DNA of 64,000 bases from a virus, in the IMG/VR virus record IMGVR_UViG_3300042691_037870, positions 62,448-126,447 of that record. The stretch is one strand, 5' to 3'. Numbering within the stretch: the stretch's first letter is position 1; every line of letters starts with the position of its first letter. Positions 20,275 to 29,512 of this stretch are shown here, one piece after another. The translations under genes were made by a program, and so were the position numbers. Below the pieces are notes generated by a model, which was given only the letters and a program-made list of their open reading frames with translations, did not search any database and was not told the origin of the DNA.

Positions 20275-20809
20275 GTCCTATAGTTTTTAAGTAGTAATAA
20301 TTAAATAGTCTTAAGAAAGCGCCTAATGGTAATAGTTCTTCAGTTATCATAATATCATTAGACGGAATAAATTCCAATTGTGATAGTTTTTCTTTTTTGG
20401 ATCCATCACCTTTTACTTCACCAGCAGTTAACCCTGTTACATCCACAGCAAATGTAGGCACTTGTCGATCACTATCTTTATAGGGGTAAAAATTACCTAA
20501 ATATAACCATCTTTCGGTTTCATTAGCGGGTATCTCAAAGCCTCCTTCTTCCTGAAGTTCACGATTAGCTGTATACAAAAGAGTATCATCTTCATAATCA
20601 ATAGTACCTGTGATTAATGTATGACAGTAGTCGCCTTCACGAAGAGGGTTATATTCTTTAAGTAAGCCTACGTTGTGAATCATTCCATGTTCATCAACGG
20701 TATACGGCATCACAGCAACCGAAACACGATTCATTTTAATTTTTTCGTGACCTTCAATTTCAATGATGTCAAAGTTTTTATACTTTTGTAATGTTTTATA
20801 CTCTTTCAT
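20267..20809 (-). CDS. NUDIX hydrolase
   Basis: GTIDYEDDTLLYTANRELQEEGG Nudix box. Confidence 0.85.
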   Translation of the reverse strand: MKEYKTLQKYKNFDIIEIEGHEKIKMNRVSVAVMPYTVDEHGMIHNVGLLKEYNPLREGDYCHTLITGTIDYEDDTLLYTANRELQEEGGFEIPANETERWLYLGNFYPYKDSDRQVPTFAVDVTGLTAGEVKGDGSKKEKLSQLEFIPSNDIMITEELLPLGAFLRLFNYYYLKTIGHV

Positions 20810-21341
20810 ATTTTTCTAAATTTTCTTTTTCTTCCAAAATATCAGCCATAATATCAAGCGCAGCTTTTCTTGTTATTTCATCGATCGCTTCTGGAGTAAA
20901 AGTACTAATTAAGTAATTTAAAATTTGTTCATTCCCATCTTCAAAAGATCCTGCTAATACACGAATAAGATCATAAGGTGGTACATCGATCGTTAATTCA
21001 ATTTTAACTGTCTTAGGGTTTTTCTTTGCTGTTGACAACAAAGAAACTAATGGGCTATCTACTTTCTTAACAGGATTAGATTTTTCCGTTGGTTTTGCTT
21101 CAGGTTTTGGTTTATTAACTACTTGTAAAGGTTGCGGAGCAATTTCATTTAAAAGAATTAAGTCTTCTTCATTTTCACTTGCAACTGACATAATAAAATC
21201 ACCAAGAAGATTTTCGTTACATCGAGTCCCGTCAGTGAATACTAAGAAATTGATGTCTCCTTCTTGTAAGATAGTTCCGTCAGATTTCACTACATCACCA
21301 GCGCGATCACCTTTAATCCATTGATATGTGGTTAAACTCAT
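20796..21341 (-). CDS. Hypothetical protein
   Basis: Start moved to MSLTTYQW (21341) to avoid overlap with the 21367-21693 gene. Confidence 0.7.
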   Translation of the reverse strand: MSLTTYQWIKGDRAGDVVKSDGTILQEGDINFLVFTDGTRCNENLLGDFIMSVASENEEDLILLNEIAPQPLQVVNKPKPEAKPTEKSNPVKKVDSPLVSLLSTAKKNPKTVKIELTIDVPPYDLIRVLAGSFEDGNEQILNYLISTFTPEAIDEITRKAALDIMADILEEKENLEKYERV

Positions 21342-21366
21342 TTTGTTTGTTTTAGTATATATTGAG

Positions 21367-21693
21367 TTAGATTTCGAGGAAGTTTTTGTATTCGTGGTGG
21401 TATTCAACCATCCATTCAACTGGGAATCCTTGGGCTGCCCATGATAAGTATTCCTGTCGAAAATTTTCAAGAACGTATTGAATATGTTCTTCATAGTTAC
21501 CTTTTGACATTTCATTTAGTGTTACTAAGGGTATTCTAAAAGTATGTCGAGTTTCTTTAACTCTCCAAAAGAAATTTTGAACATCACCTACGTAACCGTA
21601 CCCATATTCAATTACAAGTTTTTTCCAGCCATACGGATGCACATTAATTTCTCCTATGCTATATAATTCAGAAAAGTCTTGATGAAATGGCAT
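21367..21693 (-). CDS. Hypothetical protein
   Basis: 108 aa ORF in operon. Confidence 0.7.
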   Translation of the reverse strand: MPFHQDFSELYSIGEINVHPYGWKKLVIEYGYGYVGDVQNFFWRVKETRHTFRIPLVTLNEMSKGNYEEHIQYVLENFRQEYLSWAAQGFPVEWMVEYHHEYKNFLEI

Positions 21694-21699
21694 AACACA

Positions 21700-21897
21700 T
21701 TACTCAGTAAGTTCTTTCTTAGGAGTAGTTTCTAAAGCACCGAGTAACATATCAATTACTTGCCCTCTTGACATATTATGAAAAACGCAAAGATTATCAA
21801 TATCATCTTTCATCATAGTTGCTTTTCCACCATATTCTTCACCCAGTTCAATTTGAATAGTAAGTCTATCCCAAGGGTTTACAATTTGTTCTTCCAT
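21700..21897 (-). CDS. Hypothetical protein
   Basis: 65 aa, downstream of an AACT-N17-TATAA promoter. Confidence 0.65.
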   Translation of the reverse strand: MEEQIVNPWDRLTIQIELGEEYGGKATMMKDDIDNLCVFHNMSRGQVIDMLLGALETTPKKELTE

Positions 21898-21917
21898 AAG
21901 TGTTTATTTTGTTTTAT

Positions 21918-21943
21918 TTATATTCAATCTTTTTTACATAGTT
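21918..21943 (-). promoter_or_regulatory. Class II (middle) promoter AACT-N17-TATAA
   Basis: Fixed-spacing bipartite motif recurring at 8 or more intergenic sites. Confidence 0.65.
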
Positions 21944-21950
21944 TTGGGAC

Positions 21951-21980
21951 AAAAAAATTGGGTTCTGGACCCAATTTTTT
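21951..21980. terminator. Bidirectional intrinsic terminator
   Basis: AAAAAATTGGGT-TCTGG-ACCCAATTTTTT. Confidence 0.75.
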
Positions 21981-22000
21981 AATATGCAGTTTTCTTATTT

Positions 22001-23443
22001 CTAAATCTTTTTCTTCAAACGTCTTTTTCTTTCAGCTTCTCTTTGCTTTTCTCGATGAGCAGCATAACGAACAGGATCCGCTTTTAATCTTTCAAGAGCA
22101 GCACGAGATTGTTCACGCTGTTTTCTTTTATATTCAGCATATCGCACAGGATCCGCTTTAATCTTTTCCATTAATGCTTTTGATTGTTCACGCTGTTTTT
22201 TGCGATATTCTTCATAACGAGCAGGATCCGCTTTAATCTTTTCCATTTGTGCTCTTGACTGTTCACGGCTTTTCTCTCTTTGTGTTATTATAGACTGTTC
22301 TAATTCAGCAGAATACTCAAGCATCTCAGGATTTTCTTGAATGTATTCTTCTCGTTCAGCAACGGTCATTCTTCCATACTTATTAATCTCAATTTGTAAC
22401 CAATCAGATTTCTTAAGAGCAACACCTATTGAAGATGATTGACCAAACGACCACCCAGAATAAGATATTTGCTTACCGTACTCAAAGATTTCTTCTATCG
22501 TAGCACCTGTTATCTTAAATAGTTTACATTTTGGATATTCATCTTTACCGTCAGAGAATAACAATAAATCATCAAATTTGGAAGCATCATAATAACTCAT
22601 GATTTGAATTGCTAAGAAAACTTCCATTATTTCACGCTCATTCTTAAATCCTTTATGAACCTTTTGAATAATCTCATGTTTATGAGTAGTAAAAGTATCA
22701 GGATGCTGTGAAAGCGCATTTACAAAAACTGTTGCGTCAGGATACGATAATCCATTTTTAACAAGAGGGTATACATAACGCTTTAAGTAAGTAGATGAAA
22801 TGCCTGGCCACTCATAGTTTATTCCAAGCAAGCGGTTAATCGTTTCACGAGCATCATTACCGTTAGCAACTTTACTAATTGCTACTAAGCGGCCGTCTTT
22901 GCCTTTTACTTCAATCGCACGATCAGAATACTCATCATAAAGATCACCTTTACTACCTTTTCTTAAAGTAGTAAATGAAGCAAGCATTAACTCGGCTGGT
23001 CCCATATCACCAGGTTGCTCTTTAATGATTTCTTCAAAGAATATGGGTGACAAGTAATTATAATGATTAGAGAGTGTTTGGATTAAATCCATCTGTTCAT
23101 CATAAAGATTACCAGCTACCAAATAGAAAGGATTTTCTACCATGTTTTCTACAAGATCCAACATTTCAGGTCCACCTTGATAGTGAGTTTTAAATAATCT
23201 GCCAATTTTCTTAATAGCGGATTCTCTTACATTTGAAGGTAATCTTTCGGCAATGATTTTCAGAATTGTATCAATTCTATCTTCATGTAAGATGTTTTTG
23301 ATAGCGTTAATTTTCTTTTCATACATTGGATCATTAGCATCAATAGTGCCGATAACCTTAAAAGTGTTTAGAAAATTTAAAGTAATCTGGTGTAATACAT
23401 TTTCACCCATTAGATAATAATTTACAATATAGATAGGATTCAT
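22001..23443 (-). CDS. PD-(D/E)xK-type nuclease with C-terminal 25-aa tandem repeats (homing-endonuclease-like)
   Basis: GPAE...KGDL.....IEVKG motif; QREQS..MEKIKADP.RY repeated three times. Confidence 0.7.
   Translation of the reverse strand: MNPIYIVNYYLMGENVLHQITLNFLNTFKVIGTIDANDPMYEKKINAIKNILHEDRIDTILKIIAERLPSNVRESAIKKIGRLFKTHYQGGPEMLDLVENMVENPFYLVAGNLYDEQMDLIQTLSNHYNYLSPIFFEEIIKEQPGDMGPAELMLASFTTLRKGSKGDLYDEYSDRAIEVKGKDGRLVAISKVANGNDARETINRLLGINYEWPGISSTYLKRYVYPLVKNGLSYPDATVFVNALSQHPDTFTTHKHEIIQKVHKGFKNEREIMEVFLAIQIMSYYDASKFDDLLLFSDGKDEYPKCKLFKITGATIEEIFEYGKQISYSGWSFGQSSSIGVALKKSDWLQIEINKYGRMTVAEREEYIQENPEMLEYSAELEQSIITQREKSREQSRAQMEKIKADPARYEEYRKKQREQSKALMEKIKADPVRYAEYKRKQREQSRAALERLKADPVRYAAHREKQREAERKRRLKKKI
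22040..22270 (-). repeat. 75-bp coding tandem repeat (about 3 copies)
   Basis: CAGGATCCGCTTT at 22072, 22147 and 22222, an exact 75-nt period. Confidence 0.9.
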
Positions 23444-23488
23444 CTAAAGTCATATTTGATAATCCTATGTATACTTGATTAGTTAGTA

Positions 23489-23543
23489 TAAAAATATACA
23501 ATTTTATTTAAGATAGCAAAAAGATAACCAAAAAGATATTAAC
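23489..23543 (-). promoter_or_regulatory. Class I (early, Bacteroidota sigma-type) promoter with upstream box
   Basis: TTTG-N20-TATTTTTA plus a GTTAATATC box 38 nt upstream of the -7 element. Confidence 0.65.
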
Positions 23544-23865
23544 AATTTGGTGCTACTCTTAAGTATTTGTTGAAGAGGTTTTTAGCGTGCTTCCAGTCAA
23601 CAGGCTGTTTATCCATTACCCAATGAGGTATGTAAACTTTGCGTTCAGCTCCATTAGAAAACTGAATAATCCAACCAACATATTTAGCATTTGAAACTTC
23701 GGAAACATCATCAATATTATGATTTGCCCATTGATAAACTCCGTCAATAAATCCACCACAGATTTCAGCATATACAGAATCACCAATTGTGGAGAAACGA
23801 TTATAGATTGCAAGGTTAAACCCAATGTTTCCATCCATTTCTAAAAATTGTTGCATGGTTGCCAT
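23539..23865 (-). CDS. Hypothetical early protein
   Basis: 108 aa behind a class I promoter. Confidence 0.7.
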   Translation of the reverse strand: MATMQQFLEMDGNIGFNLAIYNRFSTIGDSVYAEICGGFIDGVYQWANHNIDDVSEVSNAKYVGWIIQFSNGAERKVYIPHWVMDKQPVDWKHAKNLFNKYLRVAPNC

Positions 23866-23890
23866 AAGTAATTGTTTTTGAATTATAGTA

Positions 23891-23945
23891 TAAAATTAAA
23901 CTAAAAGTCCCACAAATAAAAATTTATGGGACTAAAGTTATTAAC
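23891..23945 (-). promoter_or_regulatory. Class I promoter with GTTAATAAC box and embedded terminator hairpin
   Basis: TAATTTTA -7 element, box at fixed 38-nt gap, AGTCCCA/TGGGACT hairpin between them. Confidence 0.75.
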
Positions 23946-23953
23946 AATTTTCA

Positions 23954-24796
23954 CTATTTAATGTGATACTCAGTAGCAATATCGCGTAAATCGTTTGTAG
24001 GTAAATTTTCAATAGCTTTAAGAATGATTTTTCTTTCGTCAGCTAGTTTTTGAATATCGCTTCCGCTAATTCCTTTTATGATAAATGTATTAGCAGGCTT
24101 AAATCCTAAAATACTTTGAATATCATTTGCAGCTGATAATCTACCTTTTGCGTCTCCATGTAATTTGTCAACATTCTTAATGAATGTGTCAAGTAAATCA
24201 ACACCGCTTACTGCAACAGTTTTTTCAATTACAAAATCATTTCCACTTTTATAACATGCTGCAATTGAATATAGACCAGCAGGTTTAACAGCAGGTCCTT
24301 TACCTTCTTTTAACTCTGCAAAGTACTGCTCTTTTTGTTTATCACTGATTGGAGATAATCCTCCACTATAAATGATACTTAAAATTTGATTAACTTTAAT
24401 TCTTGAACTTGTCAGAACCTTGTTAAATCCTATTTGCTTTGATGATTTGACAGACACCTTTTCTCCATTTGACATAGTCACATCTGAAAAGATAGTATCA
24501 GCTTCACCGTAAGTATTTGAATTATCACCTTTAAGAATAATAGCAACAAGATCTTCGGTATACTTTGATACTTCGCGTGCATCTTTATCAAGAACATTAA
24601 GTAAGTTCTCAAAGAAATTAATTTCATTTAAGACAGCACCTTCATTCTTAGCATTTGCTTTATCATTTAAGATATCACCATAGTTAATAACTTTAGTATT
24701 ACCACCACTATTAACATATGCCTCTAAATATTGAAATGATTTTGTGGCAGTACCTTCATTTACTGACATCCAGCTATTATAATCTTTTAAACTCAT
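23954..24796 (-). CDS. Putative PD-(D/E)xK-like nuclease with capsid-targeting-like N-terminus
   Basis: MSLKDYNSWMSVNEG N-terminus; E...SDV......VSVKSS resembles a restriction-endonuclease-fold active site. Confidence 0.5.
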   Translation of the reverse strand: MSLKDYNSWMSVNEGTATKSFQYLEAYVNSGGNTKVINYGDILNDKANAKNEGAVLNEINFFENLLNVLDKDAREVSKYTEDLVAIILKGDNSNTYGEADTIFSDVTMSNGEKVSVKSSKQIGFNKVLTSSRIKVNQILSIIYSGGLSPISDKQKEQYFAELKEGKGPAVKPAGLYSIAACYKSGNDFVIEKTVAVSGVDLLDTFIKNVDKLHGDAKGRLSAANDIQSILGFKPANTFIIKGISGSDIQKLADERKIILKAIENLPTNDLRDIATEYHIK

Positions 24797-24808
24797 GTTT
24801 ATTTGTTA

Positions 24809-25030
24809 TTATTTACTTAACGATTCAGCAGAAATATATTCTGTGATACCGCTTTTGCTAATTCCGCGAATTTCATGGTCAATAGTTAACCCTCTAAAAT
24901 ACTCACGAATTAATGTTTGCGCAGCTTCAATCGTTTCTGCTTCAATAAGGTAATTTTCCATTTTACCTCTAATTTTACCTGTGTCAAGGTCTTCTGTCGT
25001 TACTCTAACTCTAACGTTCCAATGATTCAT
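24809..25030 (-). CDS. DUF4494-like small protein
   Basis: V....D..GK.....E.YLIEAETIE.A pattern of the Bacteroidota DUF4494 family, recalled rather than searched. Confidence 0.65.
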   Translation of the reverse strand: MNHWNVRVRVTTEDLDTGKIRGKMENYLIEAETIEAAQTLIREYFRGLTIDHEIRGISKSGITEYISAESLSK

Positions 25031-25041
25031 ATAATTTGATT

Positions 25042-25155
25042 TTAGTTAATACTCAATCTTGATAGAATCTCATTATTAATTGCTAACCTTTTAAGTTGCT
25101 TTAAAGCACTTTTTCTACTTTTAGGTTTCTTTTGAGATTTCTTAGCTCTTGCCAT
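25042..25155 (-). CDS. Small basic protein (37 aa)
   Basis: Below the track cutoff: MARAKKSQKKPKSRKSALKQLKRLAINNEILSRLSIN; fills the intergenic gap. Confidence 0.55.
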   Translation of the reverse strand: MARAKKSQKKPKSRKSALKQLKRLAINNEILSRLSIN

Positions 25156-25172
25156 TTTTATTACACATATTT

Positions 25173-25514
25173 TTAACGAACTGCACCGCTCATAACTGGT
25201 ACATCTTGTACAGTGCCTTGTCTCATATCGCCATCAGTGCGATTAAAACCAGCAATGTTTGAAAATTGCTCACGAATCTTATTCATAGATTCTTTAATGT
25301 AATTTTCACAAGCATTCATATAACCTTCAGCTGTATGTTCTTTATGCTCATCTTCATTCCAAGCAATAGCTTCATTCATTGCCATTTCCATACATTTGTC
25401 TACAGCTTCACACATTTCTTCAGAAAGTGCGGTTGGTTTTGTTGCAGTGATTTCATCGTGTCCGACTACATCAGTTTCATTTATAAATTGTTCGTACGTA
25501 GGAATGTGTTTCAT
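25173..25514 (-). CDS. Putative internal head protein
   Basis: MKHIPTYEQFINE N-terminus. Confidence 0.65.
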   Translation of the reverse strand: MKHIPTYEQFINETDVVGHDEITATKPTALSEEMCEAVDKCMEMAMNEAIAWNEDEHKEHTAEGYMNACENYIKESMNKIREQFSNIAGFNRTDGDMRQGTVQDVPVMSGAVR

Positions 25515-25556
25515 TTATATTTTGTTATTTTTATATTCAATTCTTATGTATTTGTT

Positions 25557-26708
25557 TTATACAGTTTCTTCTTTCTTTTCTTCTTTGTCTTCTTTGCCTT
25601 CACCACCCACAATTTCATTAATCACCCCATGAATTACAAGTGCAAGACCGCCGTATTTAAGAACTTTAATTATGATACCAAAACCAGGTATAACAATTCC
25701 TAATGATTTTTCAGCAACAGACTGTAAATCGAGTAAGCCTTTTTTGAATTGGGTTTCTGCTAAATAACCTGCAGCAATACCTACAAGTCCCGCAATTACA
25801 GGAAATTCAAAAGGGCCAGGTGCTGATGCAACTTTTGTCATAAATACTGAAAACGCATTTAATCCTTTTTCAGCCTTAGCGGCTACAGCATCTTCAATTT
25901 TGTGAAATGCTGAAAACGGTGGAGTATGAGCTAATTTAGAAAGAACAGATGAAATAAAAGGAATATGAATACCGCCTTTAGCTTTTCCATGTTCTTCTTC
26001 AAAAAGTGCAAGTTCTTCTAATACAGATTCCAATGTATATCCTTCATAAAGAGTTTCAGCAGCTGCATAATAAAATGCGGATTCAAAAGCTTTAAAGTAA
26101 TCCTCTGATTCCTCAGTAATTGCAGCCTTTTCTCCAGATTTTTCAATTGCGTCAATAAAACCACCACCTAACCATTTTACAGAAGAACTTGCCATTGCTT
26201 GTAAGTTTTTAAGTTCTTCAATAATTCTCTTTCTTTTATCAGAATCTTGAAGAAGAGGTTTTATTTTTTCACGAATCTTTTCTTTTGCTTTTTCAACAGC
26301 TGCTTTAGTTTGATCTTTTGCAATATCCCAGGCTTTTTTGATAACCTCTTTAATTTTACCTAAAACCATTTTAAGAGGTGCTAAAAGATTTCCTCCAAAT
26401 TTTAAAGCTGCTTGTGTTTTATCACCGAGTTTCTTTACGTAATCTTTTCCCTTTTCTTTAATCTTTTCTTTTGCATTAATTGCAAGCTGTTTAAACTTTT
26501 CAGCAAAAGAACTTTCATTAATGTCACTTGCTAAATCAAAAAGTTCATTAACATATCCTTCATTAATAAAATATGATAAAGACTCCTTTTCTTCGATTGA
26601 AGCACCTGCAACATCAGCACAAGCAATTAGTAAGGCTTTCTTACTTTCTTGCTCATGATGAACCGAGTAACCTTCAAGAAGAAAGTCGTTATAAGTTAAT
26701 AAAGACAT
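25557..26708 (-). CDS. Putative internal/ejection protein with C-terminal hydrophobic helices
   Basis: MSLLTYNDFLLE N-terminus, Lys-rich amphipathic middle, Gly-rich hydrophobic hairpin, late promoter. Confidence 0.6.
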   Translation of the reverse strand: MSLLTYNDFLLEGYSVHHEQESKKALLIACADVAGASIEEKESLSYFINEGYVNELFDLASDINESSFAEKFKQLAINAKEKIKEKGKDYVKKLGDKTQAALKFGGNLLAPLKMVLGKIKEVIKKAWDIAKDQTKAAVEKAKEKIREKIKPLLQDSDKRKRIIEELKNLQAMASSSVKWLGGGFIDAIEKSGEKAAITEESEDYFKAFESAFYYAAAETLYEGYTLESVLEELALFEEEHGKAKGGIHIPFISSVLSKLAHTPPFSAFHKIEDAVAAKAEKGLNAFSVFMTKVASAPGPFEFPVIAGLVGIAAGYLAETQFKKGLLDLQSVAEKSLGIVIPGFGIIIKVLKYGGLALVIHGVINEIVGGEGKEDKEEKKEETV

Positions 26709-26725
26709 TCAAAATCCTTTTTCTT

Positions 26726-26733
26726 TATATATC
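26726..26733 (-). promoter_or_regulatory. Late promoter-like motif GATATATA
   Basis: 18 nt upstream of the start at 26708. Confidence 0.6.
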
Positions 26734-26750
26734 TACTTTCTTTTAAACAT

Positions 26751-26779
26751 AAAAAGACCCCTCCTTTGACAGAGGGGTC
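26751..26779 (-). terminator. Intrinsic terminator
   Basis: GACCCCTC/GAGGGGTC stem plus U-tract. Confidence 0.8.
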
Positions 26780-26820
26780 CTGACCACACACAAATCTCAA
26801 TGAAAAAATTCTTTGAGATA

Positions 26821-27957
26821 TTAGTTCATTATAGCAAGTTTCGGATAATCGATTTTTGCAACACCGGCAACATCTTCAAGGTCAAGTTCTTTCTTAAACA
26901 AGAATGAAGAAGCCTTAATTTGTAACTCAATACGATCTTCAGAATCTACCTTGATTTCGTCCGGGTGACTTGCGATATAAGTTAACAAGTTAAAGAAATC
27001 ATATGCGTTAATCCCGGTATTGGCAGTAGACTTCCATTTTCTACTTTTTTCTGTTATGTTAACTCCATAACCTTTGTAGAATGGCTGATCATTAAAGTAT
27101 TGATCAACGATCTTGTCATATTTACCATTTTCATTTTTCTTTTCAAAGAAATCACGGTATTGATAAAACTCAAGAAGAGATACTTGGTTTCTGCTTAAAT
27201 GCTGAGCTGCTTGTTGCACAATCTCTGACAAATTATCTGAACCAAATTCAATAGCTTTCTTGATGACAGATTGAATTCTTTTATTATTAAAAGTGGTTTT
27301 TGAGATATCAGCACCAAAACCAAATTCTGCAGCAGTAGCACCATTCGCGCAGGAAAGTCTTTGTAAGAAAGGCGCATGATTAAAACGCAAACCATTGAAG
27401 TAAAAACGTTCTCCGCCTTTCCACATATCAGTACCTGTACCGAATACGTCGATTTCATTGGTTTCGTTAAGTAAAATGATTTCAGTCATTTCATTTTGAT
27501 CGTTAAATGAAAGACTCTTTAGTGAATAATCAATCTCTGAAGCACTTAATGCATCATACATCCAGTCAAGATATTGCTGGTAACTTGCATCATCAGATTG
27601 TTTTTTGTTTTCACGATGAAGGTGTGCATCGGTAACAGTAGGATTACCTTGAGGATCTTTGCTGATTGTGGCATAAAGTTTAACATTGCCTTCAGCATTT
27701 TTAATTTTTTCTGAGACAGATAACCAATCCTCAGCGGTCATTTTGTCAGCAAATTTTGTAAAGTCTTTCTTTACACGCAAGATACTTAGGACTTTTGACA
27801 AAGCAATGCCGTCAATTGGCATGTCATTTAAAAATAATCCTTTTTCTGTGATGGATAAGTCTTTTAACTTAAATTCACGAGTTTCACGGTCTGTTAGTTT
27901 TTCAATAAATTGAGCAACTCCAGACTTAATTTGCTCAATTACCAATTGATTGTTCAT
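26821..27957 (-). CDS. DUF932-like protein
   Basis: RLSCANG resembles the RLVCxNG motif of the DUF932 family. Confidence 0.5.
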   Translation of the reverse strand: MNNQLVIEQIKSGVAQFIEKLTDRETREFKLKDLSITEKGLFLNDMPIDGIALSKVLSILRVKKDFTKFADKMTAEDWLSVSEKIKNAEGNVKLYATISKDPQGNPTVTDAHLHRENKKQSDDASYQQYLDWMYDALSASEIDYSLKSLSFNDQNEMTEIILLNETNEIDVFGTGTDMWKGGERFYFNGLRFNHAPFLQRLSCANGATAAEFGFGADISKTTFNNKRIQSVIKKAIEFGSDNLSEIVQQAAQHLSRNQVSLLEFYQYRDFFEKKNENGKYDKIVDQYFNDQPFYKGYGVNITEKSRKWKSTANTGINAYDFFNLLTYIASHPDEIKVDSEDRIELQIKASSFLFKKELDLEDVAGVAKIDYPKLAIMN

Positions 27958-27978
27958 AGAATAAGTATTTAGTAATGT

Positions 27979-28003
27979 TTATATTCCTGTCTTTAAAATA
28001 GTT
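27979..28003 (-). promoter_or_regulatory. Class II promoter (16-nt spacer variant)
   Basis: GAACTAT...AATATAA. Confidence 0.5.
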
Positions 28004-28004
28004 C

Positions 28005-28253
28005 TTAATTTATGTAATAAGTTAATTCATAAGAACCGCTATCCATTCTGTAAAGAGAAACGTGTAAATGACGTTTAACCATATTTCCTGTCTTTATCCA
28101 TTTAAGTGAAAATGTATACTTAACCGTTTTGCCGTACGCAACATGTTCAGTCCATAAATTATCAGGGTAAACTATTTCATAACCTTTACGGTTAACTTTT
28201 TCATTAACATGTATTAAAGCACCAGCTTGTGTAGAAAAATAAGTGTCAGACAT
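28005..28253 (-). CDS. Hypothetical phage protein
   Basis: 82 aa with C-terminal YRMDSGSYEL. Confidence 0.7.
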   Translation of the reverse strand: MSDTYFSTQAGALIHVNEKVNRKGYEIVYPDNLWTEHVAYGKTVKYTFSLKWIKTGNMVKRHLHVSLYRMDSGSYELTYYIN

Positions 28254-28255
28254 AA

Positions 28256-28528
28256 TTAAGCAAATGTTTCAGTTGGATACTTTTTAATAATTCCGCAGAT
28301 AGTAGAAATCTTTGCACCTAATTCTGCATTTTCATGAGTAACTTGTGCAAGTTCTGTTGAAAGGATTATCTTTTCAGAATAATCATAACCGTCAAATAAA
28401 CCCCAAAGCATGTTTTCCAAATGACAAACATTTGTTTTTAAATCGCCAACTTCAATGATTGTGTCAAGAATCATTCCGCGTGTTTCGGAATCCATGTTCT
28501 CATGTCGGTTAAATCTACGAATTTCCAT
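28256..28528 (-). CDS. Hypothetical early protein
   Basis: 90 aa behind a class I promoter. Confidence 0.7.
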   Translation of the reverse strand: MEIRRFNRHENMDSETRGMILDTIIEVGDLKTNVCHLENMLWGLFDGYDYSEKIILSTELAQVTHENAELGAKISTICGIIKKYPTETFA

Positions 28529-28554
28529 ATTGATATTGTTTTAATTTGATAGTA

Positions 28555-28609
28555 TAAAATTAAACTAAAAAAATAACAAATGCAAATATTTAAGAAAAAA
28601 GTTATTAAC
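28555..28609 (-). promoter_or_regulatory. Class I promoter
   Basis: GTTAATAAC box, TTTG-N20-TAATTTTA. Confidence 0.8.
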
Positions 28610-28611
28610 AA

Positions 28612-28986
28612 CTATGAAAGTTTAAATCCGCCTGATAATCCACAAAAATGAGCAAACTTACTTAACTCATCAACAGAAAAAGTAAAGTCACCGTTAGGGA
28701 ATGTACTTTCACCAAAGGCTTTTGCATTTCCATTTTCTATTTCAGAAAATAAAGCTCTTGCCATTTTAATTGAAATATCTTGTGGGATTTGGGATCTTAA
28801 TTGTTTAGGATAGAATCCAATTTGTTCTTCATCTTCAGATAAAAAGTCTTCGCAAACTATTGTAATATAAGACCAAAGTGGAAACCAAGAATCTGTAGTT
28901 GTTGTAAAATATTCTCCGTCTATTGATATAGGATTTAAGCCGGTTGCAAAAATTTCAACCGGCTGTATAGATTTATGTTCTTTCAT
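28612..28986 (-). CDS. Hypothetical protein
   Basis: 124 aa, coupled to the SLT gene. Confidence 0.7.
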   Translation of the reverse strand: MKEHKSIQPVEIFATGLNPISIDGEYFTTTTDSWFPLWSYITIVCEDFLSEDEEQIGFYPKQLRSQIPQDISIKMARALFSEIENGNAKAFGESTFPNGDFTFSVDELSKFAHFCGLSGGFKLS

Positions 28987-29501
28987 TAAAAAGGAATTTT
29001 GTAGTTATACACATTAAGTGCATATCCGTTGATCATAGGTCTACCCGTATTATAATAACCAAATACGATTTTCCAATTGTGATAACGATTATGTAAATGT
29101 CTTAAGAATTTCATACTCGTCTCAACATTAAGCGCAATGTTATCACGCAGTTCAGTTTTCGTAAACTTTTTACCAGGCCACATATACTTTGCAGTAGGAT
29201 ACATAATTTGCATAGGTCCAACCGCTCCAGCAAAAGATGTTTGTTTGTGATAATAAGTCCATTGAAAAGGGTTACGATATCGTGTTTCACAGTAAGCTAT
29301 ACCGTATGCATATCTTTTAGGAATGTTATACTGTTCAGCATATTTCTCAATAAGATAATACATTTGTAAGCAAGGCGGTGAATCTTGCGATATGATAGGC
29401 GCATCTGAAGATGTGAACTCAATAGGGTTCTTAATGTAAATCCAGAAGGCCGTTAATCCTACGATGATAGAAATCATCAGGGTTTTAAACATGTCCTTCA
29501 T
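28986..29501 (-). CDS. Lytic transglycosylase (SLT domain) with N-terminal membrane anchor
   Basis: CET catalytic Glu, SFAGAVGPMQIM, N...S..FL and YYNTG motifs. Confidence 0.9.
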   Translation of the reverse strand: MKDMFKTLMISIIVGLTAFWIYIKNPIEFTSSDAPIISQDSPPCLQMYYLIEKYAEQYNIPKRYAYGIAYCETRYRNPFQWTYYHKQTSFAGAVGPMQIMYPTAKYMWPGKKFTKTELRDNIALNVETSMKFLRHLHNRYHNWKIVFGYYNTGRPMINGYALNVYNYKIPF

Positions 29502-29512
29502 ATTACATTATT

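Noticed and set aside
21342-21515. N-terminal extension of the 20796 ORF
   Set aside because: It overlaps the 21367-21693 gene; ATG 21341 with an A-rich leader is the more plausible start
22040-22270. CRISPR-like array
   Set aside because: In-frame 75-bp coding repeats with no unique spacers and no cas genes
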